Source: the human T2T-CHM13v2.0 reference genome, Homo sapiens. Taken from it: a stretch of 64,000 nucleotides of DNA. Below are positions 42,201-55,100 of the stretch, piece after piece. The notes under the pieces are model-generated. The model did not search any database and was not told the DNA's origin. It saw only the letters and a program-made list of their open reading frames with translations. Every line of letters begins with the position of its first letter. The first letter of the stretch is position 1. Location of the stretch: the NCBI RefSeq assembly GCF_009914755.1, contig NC_060938.1. The stretch is one strand, 5' to 3'. Position numbers and translations under genes: made by a program.

Positions 42201-45200
42201 CTGTGAGTGGATATTTGGAGCGCTTTGAGGCCTACTGTGGAAAATCAAAAATCTTCACATAAAAACTACACAGAAGCATTTTGAGAAACTTCTTTGTGAG
42301 ATATGCATTCAACTCACAGAGTTGAACTTATCTTTTCATTGAGAACTTTTGTATCTCTTTTTTGGTAGAATCTGCAAGTGGATATTTGGAGCTCTTTGCA
42401 CCCTATTGTGGAAAAGGAAATATCTTCACATAAAAACTACACAGAAGCATTCAGAGAAACTTCTTTGTGATGAATGCATTCCTCACAGAGTTGAACCTTT
42501 CTTTTTATTGAGCAGTATTGAAACCCTCTTTTTGCAGAATCACCAATTGGATATTTGGAGAGCTTTGAAGCCTGTTTTGGAAAATGAAATATCTTCAATT
42601 TAAAACCACACAGAAGCATTCTGAGAAACTTCTTTGTGATGTGTGCATTCAACTCTCAGAGTTGCTCCTATCTTATGATTGAGCAGTTTTGAAACACTCG
42701 TTTTGTAGAATCTGCAAGTGGATATTTAGAGCGATTTGAGGCCTATTGTGTAAAAGAAAATATCTTGACATAAAAACTACACAGAAGCATTCTGAGAAAC
42801 TTCTTTGGGAAGTGTGCATTCAACTAACAGTGTGGAACCTATCTTTTGATTGAGCAGCTTAGAATTTCTTTTTGTAGAATCTGCAAGTGGATATTTGGAG
42901 CCCCATTTCGCCCTATGGTGGAAAACGAAATATCTTCACATAAAAACTACACAGAAGCATTCTGAGAAAATTCTTTGTGATGTTTGCATTCAACTCACAG
43001 AGTCGAACCTATCTTTTGATAGAGCAGTTTTGAATCTCTCTTTTTGCAGAATATGCAAGTGGATATTTGGAAAGCTTTGAGGCCTATTGTGGAAAAGGAA
43101 ATATATTCACATAAAAACTACAGAGAAGCATTCTGAGAAAGTTCTTTGTGAGGTATGGATTCAACCCACAGAGTTGGACTTATCTTTTCATTGAGCAGTT
43201 TTGAATGTCACTTTTTGTAGAATCTACAAGTGGATATTTGGAGCCCTTTGTGGCCTATGGTTGAAAAGGAAATATCTTCAAATTAAAACTACACAGAAGG
43301 ATTATGAGAAACGTCTTTGTGATGTGTGCATTCAACTCACAGGGTTGAACCTTTCTTATGATTGAGCAGTTTTGAAAAACTCTTTTTGTAGAATCTGCAA
43401 GTAGGTATTTGGAGGGCTTTGAGGCCTACTGTGGAAAAGCAAATATCTTCACCTAAAGACTACACGGAAGCATTCTGAGAAACTTCCTTGTGATGTGTGC
43501 ATTCATCTCACAGAGTTGAACCTTTCTTTTGATTGAGCAGTTTTGAATCTCTCTTTTGGTAGAATCTCTAATTGGATATTTGGAGCGATTTGAGGCCTAT
43601 TGTGGAAAAGGAAATATCTTCACACATAAAAAATACACAGAAGAATTCTGAGAAACTTCTTTGTGATGTGTGCTTTCAACTCACATGGTTGAACCTATCT
43701 ATTGATTGAAACTCTTTTTGTAGATTCGGCAAGTGGATATTTGGAGCCCTTTGCAACCTATGGTGGAAAAGGAAATATCTTCAAATAAATAATGCACAGA
43801 AGCATTCAAAGAAACTTCTTTGTGGTGAGTGCATTCATCACAGAGAGTTGAATCTTTCCTTTGATTGAGCAGTTTTGAAACACTCTTTTTGCAGGATCTG
43901 CAGGCAGATATTTTAGAGCTTTGAGGCCAAATGTGGAAAAGGAAACATCTTCACATAAAAACTAACCAGAAGCATTCTGAGAAACTTCTTTGTGAGGTGT
44001 GCATTCAACTCTCAGTGTTGAACGTATCTTTTGATTCAGCAGTTTTGAATATCTGTTTTGTAGGATCTGCTACTGGATATTTGGAGCCCTTTGCAGCCAA
44101 TGGTGGAAAAGGACATATCGTCAAATAGAAACTACATAGAAGCATTCTGAGAAACTTCTTTGTGTTGTGTGCATTCATCTCACAGGGTTGAACACTTCCT
44201 TTCAGGGAGCAGTTTTGAAACAGTATTTTTCCAGAATCTGCAAGTGGATATTTGTAGAGCTTTGAGACATGTTGTGGAAAAGGAAATATCTTCAAATAAA
44301 AACTACACAGAAGTATTCAGAGAAACTTCTTTATGATGAGTGCATTCATCACAGACTTGAAACTTTCTTTTGATTGAGTAGTTTTGAAACTCTCCTTTTG
44401 TAGAAGATGGAAGTGGATATTTCGAGGTCTTTGAGGCTTATTTTGGAAACGGAAATATCCTCACATAAAAACTACACAGAAGCATTCTGACAAACTTCTC
44501 TGTTATGTGTTCATTCAATTCACAGTATTGAACGAATTTTTTGATTGAGCAGTTTTCAATTTCTCCATTTGTAGAATCTGGAAGTGGATATTTGGAGCTC
44601 TTTGCACCCTGTGTTGGAAAAGGAAATATCTTCAAATAAAAACTACACATAAGCATTCTGAAAAACTTCTTTGTGTTAAGTGCATTCATCACACAGAGTT
44701 GAAAGTTTCTTTTGATTGAGCAGTTTTGAAACACTGTTTTTGTAGAATCTGGAAGTGGATATTTGGAGGGCTTTGAGGCCTATTTTGGAAAAGGAAATAT
44801 CTTAACATAAAAACTGCACAGAATTATTCGGAGAAACTCCTTTGTTATGTGTGCATTCAACACACAGAGTTGTGCCTATCTTTTGATTGAGCGGTTTTGA
44901 ATCTCTCTTTTTGCAGAATCTGCAAGTGGATATTTGTATCGCTTTGAGGTCTACTGTGGAAAAGCAAATATTTTCAAATAAAAATTACACAGAAGCATTC
45001 TGAGAAACTTTGTTGTGAGGTGTGCATTCAACTCACAGAGTCGAACCCATCTTTTGATTGAACAGTTTTGAATCTCTCTTTTTGCAGAATCTGCAAGTGG
45101 ATATTTGGAGTGCTTTGCGGCCTATTGTGGAAAAGGAAATATCTTCACATAAAAACTACACAGAGGCATTCTGAGAAACTTCTTTGTGATGTGTGCATTC

Positions 45201-45640
45201 AACTGACAGAGTTGAACCTATCTTTTGATTGAGCAGTTTTGAATCTCTCTTTTTGTAGCATCTGCAGGTGGAAATTTGGAGCCCTTTGCAGCCTACGTTG
45301 GAAAAGGAAATATCTTCAAATAAAAACTACACAGAATCATTCTGGGAAACATCTTTGTGATGAGTGCATTCATCAAAAAGGGTTGAATCTTTCTATTGAC
45401 TGAGTAATTTGGAAACACTTTTTTTGTAGAATCTGGAAGTGGAAATTTGACGGGCTTTGTGCTCTATTTTGGAAAAGAAAATATCTTCAGATAAAAACTA
45501 CACAGAAGCTTTCTGGGAAACTTCGTTGTTATGTGTGCATTCAAGTCACAGATTTTAACCATTATTTTGATAGAGCAGTTTTGAAACTCTCTTTTTGTAG
45601 AATCTGCAAGTGGATATTTGGAGGTCTTTGTGGCCTATGT
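36231..45640 (+). repeat. Alpha satellite family B; from ~38 kb a sub-variant with GAATCTCTC and AAATCAAATATC
   Basis: CTACACAG monomers with recurrent variants TTTTGAATCTCTC, GGAGAAGGAGATAT and GATGAGTGCATTCATCAC. The right boundary is approximate. Confidence 0.94.
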
Positions 45641-45940
45641 TAGAAAACGAAATACCCTCACATAAAATCTATACAAAAGCTATCTGAGAAATTTGTTTGT
45701 GATGCATGCATTCTTCTCACAAAGTTGAACCTTTCCTTTGATTGAGCACTTTCAAAACACTCTTTTTGCAGAATCTGCAAGTGGATATTTGGAGCACTTT
45801 GTGGCCTATGGTAGAAAAGGAAATATCTTCACATAATTTGTAGACAGAAGCAAACTGAGAAACTTCTTTGTGATGTGTGTATTCATCTCACAGAGTTAAA
45901 ACTTTCTTTTGATTGAACAGTTTTGAAACTCTCTCATTGT
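45641..45940 (+). repeat. Short stretch of family-A-like alpha monomers before the inversion
   Basis: AAATCTATAC, GGTAGAAAAGG and TAGACAGAAGCAAACTGAG...GTTAAA variants reappear. Confidence 0.65.
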
Positions 45941-45944
45941 GACA

Positions 45945-48900
45945 GTCCACCTGCAGACTCCACAAAAAGATTGTTTCCAAACTACTTATTCGAAAGAATG
46001 CTCAACTCTGTGAGATGAATGCACACATCACAAAGAAGTTTCTCAGAATTCTTCTGTCTAGTTTTTAGGTGAAGATGCTTCCTTTTCCACTATAGGCCTC
46101 AAAGCACTCCAAATGTCCACTTGCAGATTATACAAAAAGAGAGTTAAAAAACTGATTAAACAAATGAGAGGTTTAACTCTGTGAGATGAATTCACACATC
46201 ACAAAGAAGTTTCTCAGATTGCTTCTGTCTACATTCTATGTGAAGATATTTCCTTTTCTAAGATAGGCAGCAAAGCGTTCCAAATGCCCACATGCAGATT
46301 CTACAAAAAGACTGTTTGCAAACTGCTGAATCAAAAGAAAAGATCAACTCGGTGAGATGAACGCACGCATCAAAGCGAAGTTTCTCAGAATTCTTCTGTC
46401 TAGTTTTGATGTGAGTATAGTTTCTTTTCCACCATAGGCTTCAAAGCACTCCAAATGTGCACTTGCAGATTCTACAAAAAGAGAGTTTCCAAACTGCTCA
46501 ATCAAAAGAAAGGTTTAACTCTGTGAGACGAATGCACACAGTACAAAGTAGTTTCTCAGATTGCTTCGGTCTAGATTTTTTGTGAAGATATTTTCTCTTA
46601 TAACATAGGCTGCAAAGCACAAAAAATGTCCATTTGCAGATTCTACAAAAAGAATATTTCCAAACTGCTCAATCAAAAGGAAGTTTCAACTCTGTGAGAT
46701 GAATGCACACATCACAAAGAAGTTTCTCAGAATTCTTCTGTCTAGTTTTTATGTGAAGATATTTCCTTTCCCACTATAGGCCTCAAAGCGCTCAAAATAT
46801 CCAATTTCAGATTCTACAAAAAGAGAGTTTCAAAATTCCTCAATTAAAAGAAACATTTAACTCTGTGAGATGAATGCACACATCACAAAGAAGTTTTTCA
46901 GAATTCTTCTGTCTAGTCTTTATGTGAAGATATTTCCTTTTCCACAATGGTCCTCAAAGCCCTCCAAATGTCCACTTGCAGATTCTATGAAAGGAGAGTT
47001 TCGAAACTCCTCAATCAAAAGAAGGTTTAACTCTTTGAGGTGAATGAACACTCCACTAAGAATTTTCTCAGATTGCTTCTGTCTAGATTTTATGTGAAGA
47101 TATTTCCTTTTCTAACGTAGGCCGGAAGGTGCTCCAAATGTACACTTGCAGAACCTACAAAAAGAGTGTTTACAAACTGCTAAGTCAAAGGAAAGATTCA
47201 ACTGTGTGAGATGAACGCCAGCATCACAAAGAAGTTTCTCAGAAATCTTCTGTCTAGTTTTTATGTGAAGATATTTCCTTTTCCACCATAGGCCTAAAAA
47301 CAATCGCACACATCACAAAGAAGTTTCTCAGGATTCTTCTACCTAGTTTTTATTTGAAGATATTTCCTTTTCCACCACAGGTGTCCAAGCTCTCCAAATG
47401 TCCATTTGCAGATTCTACAAAAAGAGAGTTTCAAAACTCCCAATCAAAAGAAATGTTTAAATTTTTGAGGTGAATGCACACATCAGAAAGAAGTTTCTCA
47501 GAAATCTACTGTCTAGTTTTTATGTGAAGATATTTCCTTTTCCATCATAGGCCTCAAGGCACTCCAAACGTCCACTTACTGATTCTTCAAAAAGAGAGTT
47601 TCAAAATTGCTCAATAAAAAGACAATTTTAACTCTGTTAGATGAGTGCACACATCACAAAGTAGTTTCTCAGATTGCTTCTGCCTTGATTTAATGTGAAG
47701 ATATTTCTTTTTATTCAATAAACTGCAAAGCTCTCCAAAAGTCCACTAGCAGCTTTGACAAAAAGACTGTTTCCATACTGCTCAAGAAAATAAAGGTTCA
47801 ACTTTGTGGGATGAACACACACATCACAAAGAAGTTTCTCAGAATTCTTCTGCCTATTTTTTATGTGAAGATATTTCCTTTTCCACCATAGGCCTCCAAG
47901 TACTCCAAATGGCCACTTGCAGATTCTACAAAAAGAGAGTTTCAAAACTGCTCAATCAAAAGAAAGGTTTAACTCTGTGGGATGAATGCACACATCTCAA
48001 AAAAGTTTCTCAGATTGCTTCTGTCTAGATTTTATGTGAAGATTTTTCCTTTTATACCATAGGCTGCAAAGCGCTCCAAATGTCCAATTGCAGATTCTAC
48101 AAAAAGAGTGTTTCCAAACTGCTCATTCAAAGGAAAGGTTGAACTTTGTGAGATGAATGGACACGACACAAACAAGTTTCTCAGAATTCTTCTGCTTATT
48201 TTTTATTTTAACCTATTTCCTTTTCCACCATGGGCCTCAAACCCCCCAAATGTCCACTTACAGATTCTACAAAAACAGTGTCTCCATACTTCTCAATAAA
48301 AAGAAAGTTTCAACTCCATGAGAGGAATGCACACATCACAAAGTGGTTTCTCAGAATTCTTCTGTCTTGTTTTTATGTGAAGATATTTCCTTTTCAACCA
48401 TACACCACAAAGTACTCCAAATGTCTGCTTGCTGCTTCTACAAAAAGAGAGTTTCCAAAATGCACAATCAAAAAAAAAAAGGTTTAATTATGTAAGTTGA
48501 ATGCACACATCTCAAAGAAGTTTATCAGATTGCTTCTGTCTAGATTTTTTGTGAAGATTTTCTTTTTTACTACCATAGGCTGCAAAGCGCTCCAAATGTC
48601 CAATAGCAGACTCTACAAAAAGAGTGTTTCCAAACTGCTCAGTCAAAGGAAAGGTTCTACTCTGCCTGATGAATGCACACATCACCCAGAAGTTTCTCAG
48701 AATTCTTCTGCCTAGTTTTTATGTTAAGATATTTCCTTTTCCACCATGGTCCTCAAAGCGCTCCAAATGTAAACTTGCAGACTCTACAAAAAGAGAGCTT
48801 TGAATCTCCTCAATCAAAGGAAAGTTTTAACTCTTTGAGTTTAATGCACACATCACAAAGGAGTTTCTCAGATTGCTTCTGTCTAGATTTTATGTGAGGA

Positions 48901-51900
48901 TCTTACCTTTTCAGGCATAGGCCACAAAGCGCTCCAAATGTCCACTTGCAGAATCTACTAAAAGATTGTTTCCAAAATGCTGAATCAAAAGAAATGTTCA
49001 ACTCAGTGAGATGTACCTACACATAACAGGGAAGTTTCTCAGAATTCTTCTATATAGTTTTTATGTGAAGATATTTCGTTTTCTACCATAGTCCTCAAAG
49101 CGCTTCAAATTTCCACTTGCATATTCTACAGAAAGAGAGCCTGAAAACTCCTCAATGAAAAGAAATATTTAACACAGTGAGATGAATGCACACATCACAA
49201 ATTAGTTTCTCAGATTGCTTCTATCTAGATTTTATGTGAAGGTATTTCTTTTTCTAACCCAGGCCAAAAGGTGAACAAAATGTCCACTTAAAGATTCTAC
49301 AGAAAGAGTGTTTCCAAACTTCTCTATCAAAAGAAAGGTTCAACTCTGTGAGATAAATGCACACATCACAAAGAAGTTTCTCAGAATTCTTCTGTTTATT
49401 TTTTAAGTGAAGATATTTCCTTTTCCATCATAGGCCTCAAAGTGCTCCAAATGTCCACTTGCAGATCCTACAAAAAGAGAGTTTTAAAACTTCTCAATGA
49501 AAAGAAAGGTTTAACACTGTGAGATGAATGCACACATCACAAAGAAGTTTCTCAGATTGCTTCTGTCTGATTTTATGTTAAGATATTTCCTTCTGTACCA
49601 TAGGCCTCAAATCGCTCCAAATGTCCACATGCAGATTCTACAAAAAGAGTGTTTCCAAACTGCTCAATCAAAAGAAAGGTTTCACTCAGTGAGATGAATG
49701 CACACATCACAAAGAAGTTTATATGATTGCTTCTGTCAAGAGTTTATGTGAAGATATTTCCTTTTCCTCCTTAGTCCTCAAAGTGCTCCCAATGTCCAAT
49801 TGCAAATTCAACAAAAAGAGAGTTTCAAAACTCTCACTCAAAAGAATGGTATCACTCAGTGAGATGAATGCACACATCACAGAGAAGTTTCTAAGATTGC
49901 TTCTGTCAAGATTTTATGTGAAGATATTTCCTTTTCTACTGTAGGCCGCAAAGTGCTCCAAATGTCCACTGGGAGATTTTACAAAAGAGTGTCTCCAAAC
50001 TGATCAATCAAAAGAAAGTCTCAACTCTGTGAGATGAACGCATGCTTCACAAAGAAGTTGCTCAGAAGTCTTCTGTCTAGTTTTTATGTGAAGATATTTG
50101 GTTTTCCACCATGGGCCACAAAGAGCTCTTAATCTCCACTTGCAGGTTCTACAAAAGAGAGTTTCAAAACTGCTCAATCAAAAAAAAGTTTTAACTCTGT
50201 GACATGAATGCACACATCACAAATAAATTTCTTAGATTATTTCTGTCTAGATTTTAAGTGAAGATATATCCTTTTCTACCATAGGCCCCAAGGCCCTCCA
50301 AATGTCCACTTGCAGATTCTACAAAAAGAGTATTTCAAAACTTGTACATCAAAAGGAAGGTTCAACTCCTGGAGATGAATGCACACAACACAAAGAAGTT
50401 TCTCTGAATACTTCAATCTTGTTTTTATGTGAAGATATTTCCTTTTCCACCATTGGCCTCAAAGTGCTCCAAATGTCCACTTGCAGATCCTACAAAAAGA
50501 GCGTTTTAAAACTGCTCAATCAAAATAAAGGTTTAACTCTGTGAGATAAATGCGCATATCACAAAGAAGTTTCTCAGATTGCTTCTGTCTAGATTTTATG
50601 TGAAGATAGTTCCTTTTCTACCATGGGCCTCAAATCGCTCCAAATGTCCACTTGCAGATTCTACAGAAAGAGTGTTTCCATACTGCTCAATCAAACAAAG
50701 GTTCAACTCTGTCAGATGAATGCACACATAAAAAAGAAATTTCTCAGAATACTTCTGTCTAGTTTTTATGTGAAGATATTTCCTTTTCCACCTTAGGCCT
50801 CAAAGTGCTCCCAATGTCCAATTGCAGATTCAACAAAAAGAGAGTTTCAAAACTGCTCAATCAAAAGAAAGGTTTCACTCAGTGAGAGGAATGCACACAT
50901 CACAGAGAAGTTTCTAAGATTGCTTCTCTCAAGATTTTATGTGAAAATATTTCCTTTTCTGCTGTAGGCTGCAAAGCGCTCCCAATGTCCACTGGGAGAT
51001 TTTACAAAAGGGTGTCTCTAAACTGCTCAATCAAAAGAAAGGTTCAACTCTGTGAGATGAACGCATGCTTCACAAAGAAGTTACTCAGAAATCTTCTGTC
51101 TACTTTTTATGTGAAGATATTTCGTTTTCCACCATAGGCCTCAAAGGGCTCTTAATCTCCACTTGCAGATTCTACAAAGGAGAGTTTCAAAACTGCTCAA
51201 TCAAAAGAAAGGTTTAACTCTGTGACATGAATGCGCACATCACAAAGAAGTTTCTCAGATTGCTTTTGTCTAGATTTTAAATGAAGATGTATCCTTTTCT
51301 ACCATAGGCCCCAATGCGTTCCAAATGTCCACTTGCAGATTCTACAAAAAGAGTATTTCAAAACTGGTACATCAAAAGGAAGTTTCAACTCTTTGAGATG
51401 AATGCACACATCACAGAGGAGTTTCTCAGAATGCTTCTGTCTAGTTTTTATGTGAAGATATTTCCTTTTCCACCGTAGGCCTGAAAACTCTCCAAATATA
51501 CACTTACAGATTCTACAAAAACGTGTTTCAAAACTGCTCAATGAAAAGAAAGGTTCAAATCTGTGAGATGAATGCACACATCACAAAGAAGTTTGTCAGA
51601 ATGTTTCTGTATAGTTTTTATATGAAGATACTTCCTTTTCCACCATAGGCTTCGAAGCACTCCAAATTTCCACACGTAGATTGTACAGTGTTTCAAAGCT
51701 GTTCAATCAAATCAAACGTTCAAACTTGTGAGATGAATGCACACATCACAAAGAAATTTGTCAGAATGCTTCTGTCTAGTTATTGTGAACATATTTCCTT
51801 TTCCATCATAGGCCTCAATGCATGCCAAATGTCCACTTGCTGATAGTACAAAAAGGGTGTTTCAAAACTGCTGAATCAAAAGAAAGGTTCAACTCTTTGA

Positions 51901-52161
51901 GATGAATGCACATATCACAAAGAAGTTCGTCAGAATGCTTCTATCTAGTTTTCATGTGAAGATTTTTTTTTAAAATATGCCTCAAATCACTCCAAATGTC
52001 CACTTGCAAAATCTACAAAAAGAGTGTTTCCAAACTGCTCAATAAAAAGATTCAACTCTGTGAGAAGAACGCACACATCACAAAGAAGTTTCTCAGAATG
52101 TTCTGTCTAGGTTTTATGTAAAGATATTTACTTTTCCACCATAGGCCTCAAAGTGCTCCAA
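45945..52161 (-). repeat. Alpha satellite family A in inverted orientation
   Basis: Reads GTTTCTCAGAATTCTTCTGTCTAGTTTT alternating with GTTTCTCAGATTGCTTCTGTCTAGATTTT, plus CCAAATGTCCAC: the reverse complement of the motifs at 1-5650. Confidence 0.96.
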
Positions 52162-55100
52162 TCCACTCCAATGCATTCCATTCTGTCCCATTCCATTCCA
52201 CTCCATTCCACTACACTACACTCCACCCCACTCCATTCCATTCCATTCCACTCCACTCCACTCCATTCCATTCCATCAGATTCCAGTTCTCTCCATTCCA
52301 CTCCACTCCAATCCACTTCACTCGACTCCACTTCACTCCATTGTATTCCATCCCATTGCATTCAACTCCACTCCATTCCACTCCTTTCTTTTAACAGTAT
52401 CTCACCCTGTCGACAAGCCTGGAGTGAAATGGCACAATCTCAGCTCACATGACATTTCAACATTCCATTCCACTCCATTCCATTCCATTTCACTACACTC
52501 TGCTGCACTCCACTCCACTCCATTCCAATCAATCCCACTCCATTCCAGTACACTGCATTCCACTCCACTCACTTCCACTCCCTTTCATGCCATCCCATTG
52601 AATTCAACTCCACTCGACTCCACTACAGTACAGTAGACTACACTACACTCCCTTCCATTACATTCTATACCACACCATTCCATTCCATTCCATTCCTTTC
52701 TTTCGACAGGATCTCACTCTGTCACCCAGGCTGGAGTGCAGTGGAGCAATCTCAGCTGACATTTCACTTCAGCATTCCATTGCATTCCATTCCATTCAAT
52801 TCCATTCCATTCCATTCCATAACATTCCACTGCACTCCACTCCACTTCACTCCACTCAACTCCATTCCATTCCATCCACTCCATTCCACTATAAACCCCT
52901 CCAGTCCACTCCACTCCATCCCAAACCATCCCATTACATTCCACTCCATTCCACTCCAATCCACTCCAGTCCAGTCCAGTCCACTCCACTCCATTTCACT
53001 CCAATCCATCCCATCACATTCCACTCCATTCCTCTCCACTCCACTCCACTCTATTCCATTCCATTCAACTCCATTCCATTCCATTCCTTTCCTTTGACAG
53101 GATCTCACTGTGTCACCCAGGCTGGAGTGCAGCAGCAGTATCTCAGCTCACATTTCATTTCACCATTCCATTCAATTCCATTCCATTCAATTGCATTCCA
53201 CTCCAATCCATTCCATTCCATTCCATTCCATTCCATTCCATTCCATTCCATTCCATTCCATTCCATTCGGTTCCACTCCATTCCAGTCCACTCTACTCCA
53301 CTCCACTCCATTCCATTGAATCCCATTCTATTCCACTCCATTCCACTCCACTCAACTCCAATCCACTCTACTCCACTCCATTCCATTCCATTCCATTCCA
53401 TCCCATTCCATTCCACAGCATTCCGCTAAATTCCACTCCAATCCACTCCATTCCATTTAATTCCATTCCATTTTAATCCATACCTTTCTTTCAACAGGAT
53501 CTCACTGTCACACAGGCTGGAGTGCAGTGGCACAATCTCAGCTCACATTTCATTTCACCATTCCATTCCATTCTATTCCATTTCATTCCATTCCACTCCA
53601 CTCCACTCCTCTCCATTACATTCCTTTCATTCCACTCCACTCCACTCCACTCCATTGCATCCCATGTCCTTCCACACCATTCCAGTCCACTCCACTCCAT
53701 TCTATTAGATTATATCCCATTTCATTACACTCCATTCCACTGCACTGCATTCCACTCCACTCCACTCCACTACACTACGTTCCATTCCATTCCATTTCTT
53801 TCCATTCCATTCCATTCCATTCAATTCCATTAGATTCCATTCCATTCCACTCCATTCCATTCCTTCCCTTTCTTTTGACATTATCTCACTCTGTCACCCA
53901 GGCTGCTGTGCAGTGGCAGAATCTCAGCTCACTTTTCATTTCACCATTCCATTCCATTGCATTCCATTTCATTCCATTCTATTGCGTTCCATTCCATTCA
54001 ATTCCATTCAATTCCATTCCTTTCAATTCCATTCCATTCCATTCCACTCCACTCCACTCCAACCCACTCCACTCCATCCCATTCCATTTCACTCCATTCC
54101 ACTCCACTCCACTCCAATCCATTCAACTCCATCCCATTCCGTTCCCCTCCATTACCCTCCACTCCACTTCACTTCACTCCATTCTACTCCACTCCATTCC
54201 ATTCCATTCTATTACACACCATTCCGTTCCATTCCATTCCATTCCTTTTCATTCCATTGAACTCCACTCCATTTCACTCCATTCCATTCCACTTCATTTA
54301 ACTCCATTCCACTGCACTCTACTCTTCCCCACTCCACTCCATTCCATTACTCTCCATTCCATTCCGTTCCATGCAACTCTATTCCGTTCCATTGCACTCC
54401 ATTCCATTCCATTGCATTCCACTTTATTCCACTACATTCCATTCCACTCGACTCCACTGCACTCCACTCCATTCCATTCCATTCCATTCCATTCCATTCC
54501 ATTTCATTGTATTCGATTACACTCCACTCCATTCCACTCCACTCCAATCCACTCCACTCCTCTCCATTCCACTCCACTCCACTCTACTCCACTCCATTCC
54601 ACTACACTCCATAACTCTCCATTCCATTCCATTACATTCCATTCCATTCCACGGCAATCTGATCCACTCCACTCAACTACACTCAACTCCATTCCATGCC
54701 ACTCCTTAACTTTCCATTCCTCTCCTTTCCATTCCATTCCACTCCACTCCATTCCTTTCCTCTATATACCACTCCACTCCACTCCAATCCATTCTACTCC
54801 ACTCCACTCCAGTCCGCTCCACTCCACTCCATTCCATTCCATTCCACTTCAGTCCTATACACTCCACTCTACTCCATTCCACTCCATTCCGTTTCATTCC
54901 GTTCTGTTTCATTCCGTTCGTTCCATTCCACTCCATTCTGTTCCACTCCATTCCATTCCATTCCACTCCACTCCATTCCATTCCATTCCACTCCATTCTG
55001 TTCCACTCCATTCCATTCCGTTCCACTCCACTCCATTCCACTCCATTCCACTCCATTCCACTATATTCTGTTCCACTCCATTCCATTCCGTTCCACTCCA

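Noticed and set aside
45292-45310. CENP-B-box-like CTACGTTGGAAAAGGAA (similar near-matches at ~44441, ~63477)
   Set aside because: Lacks the required TTCG....A..CGGG core; it is a mutated A-type box. No true box was seen by eye, so this is not an active centromere array.
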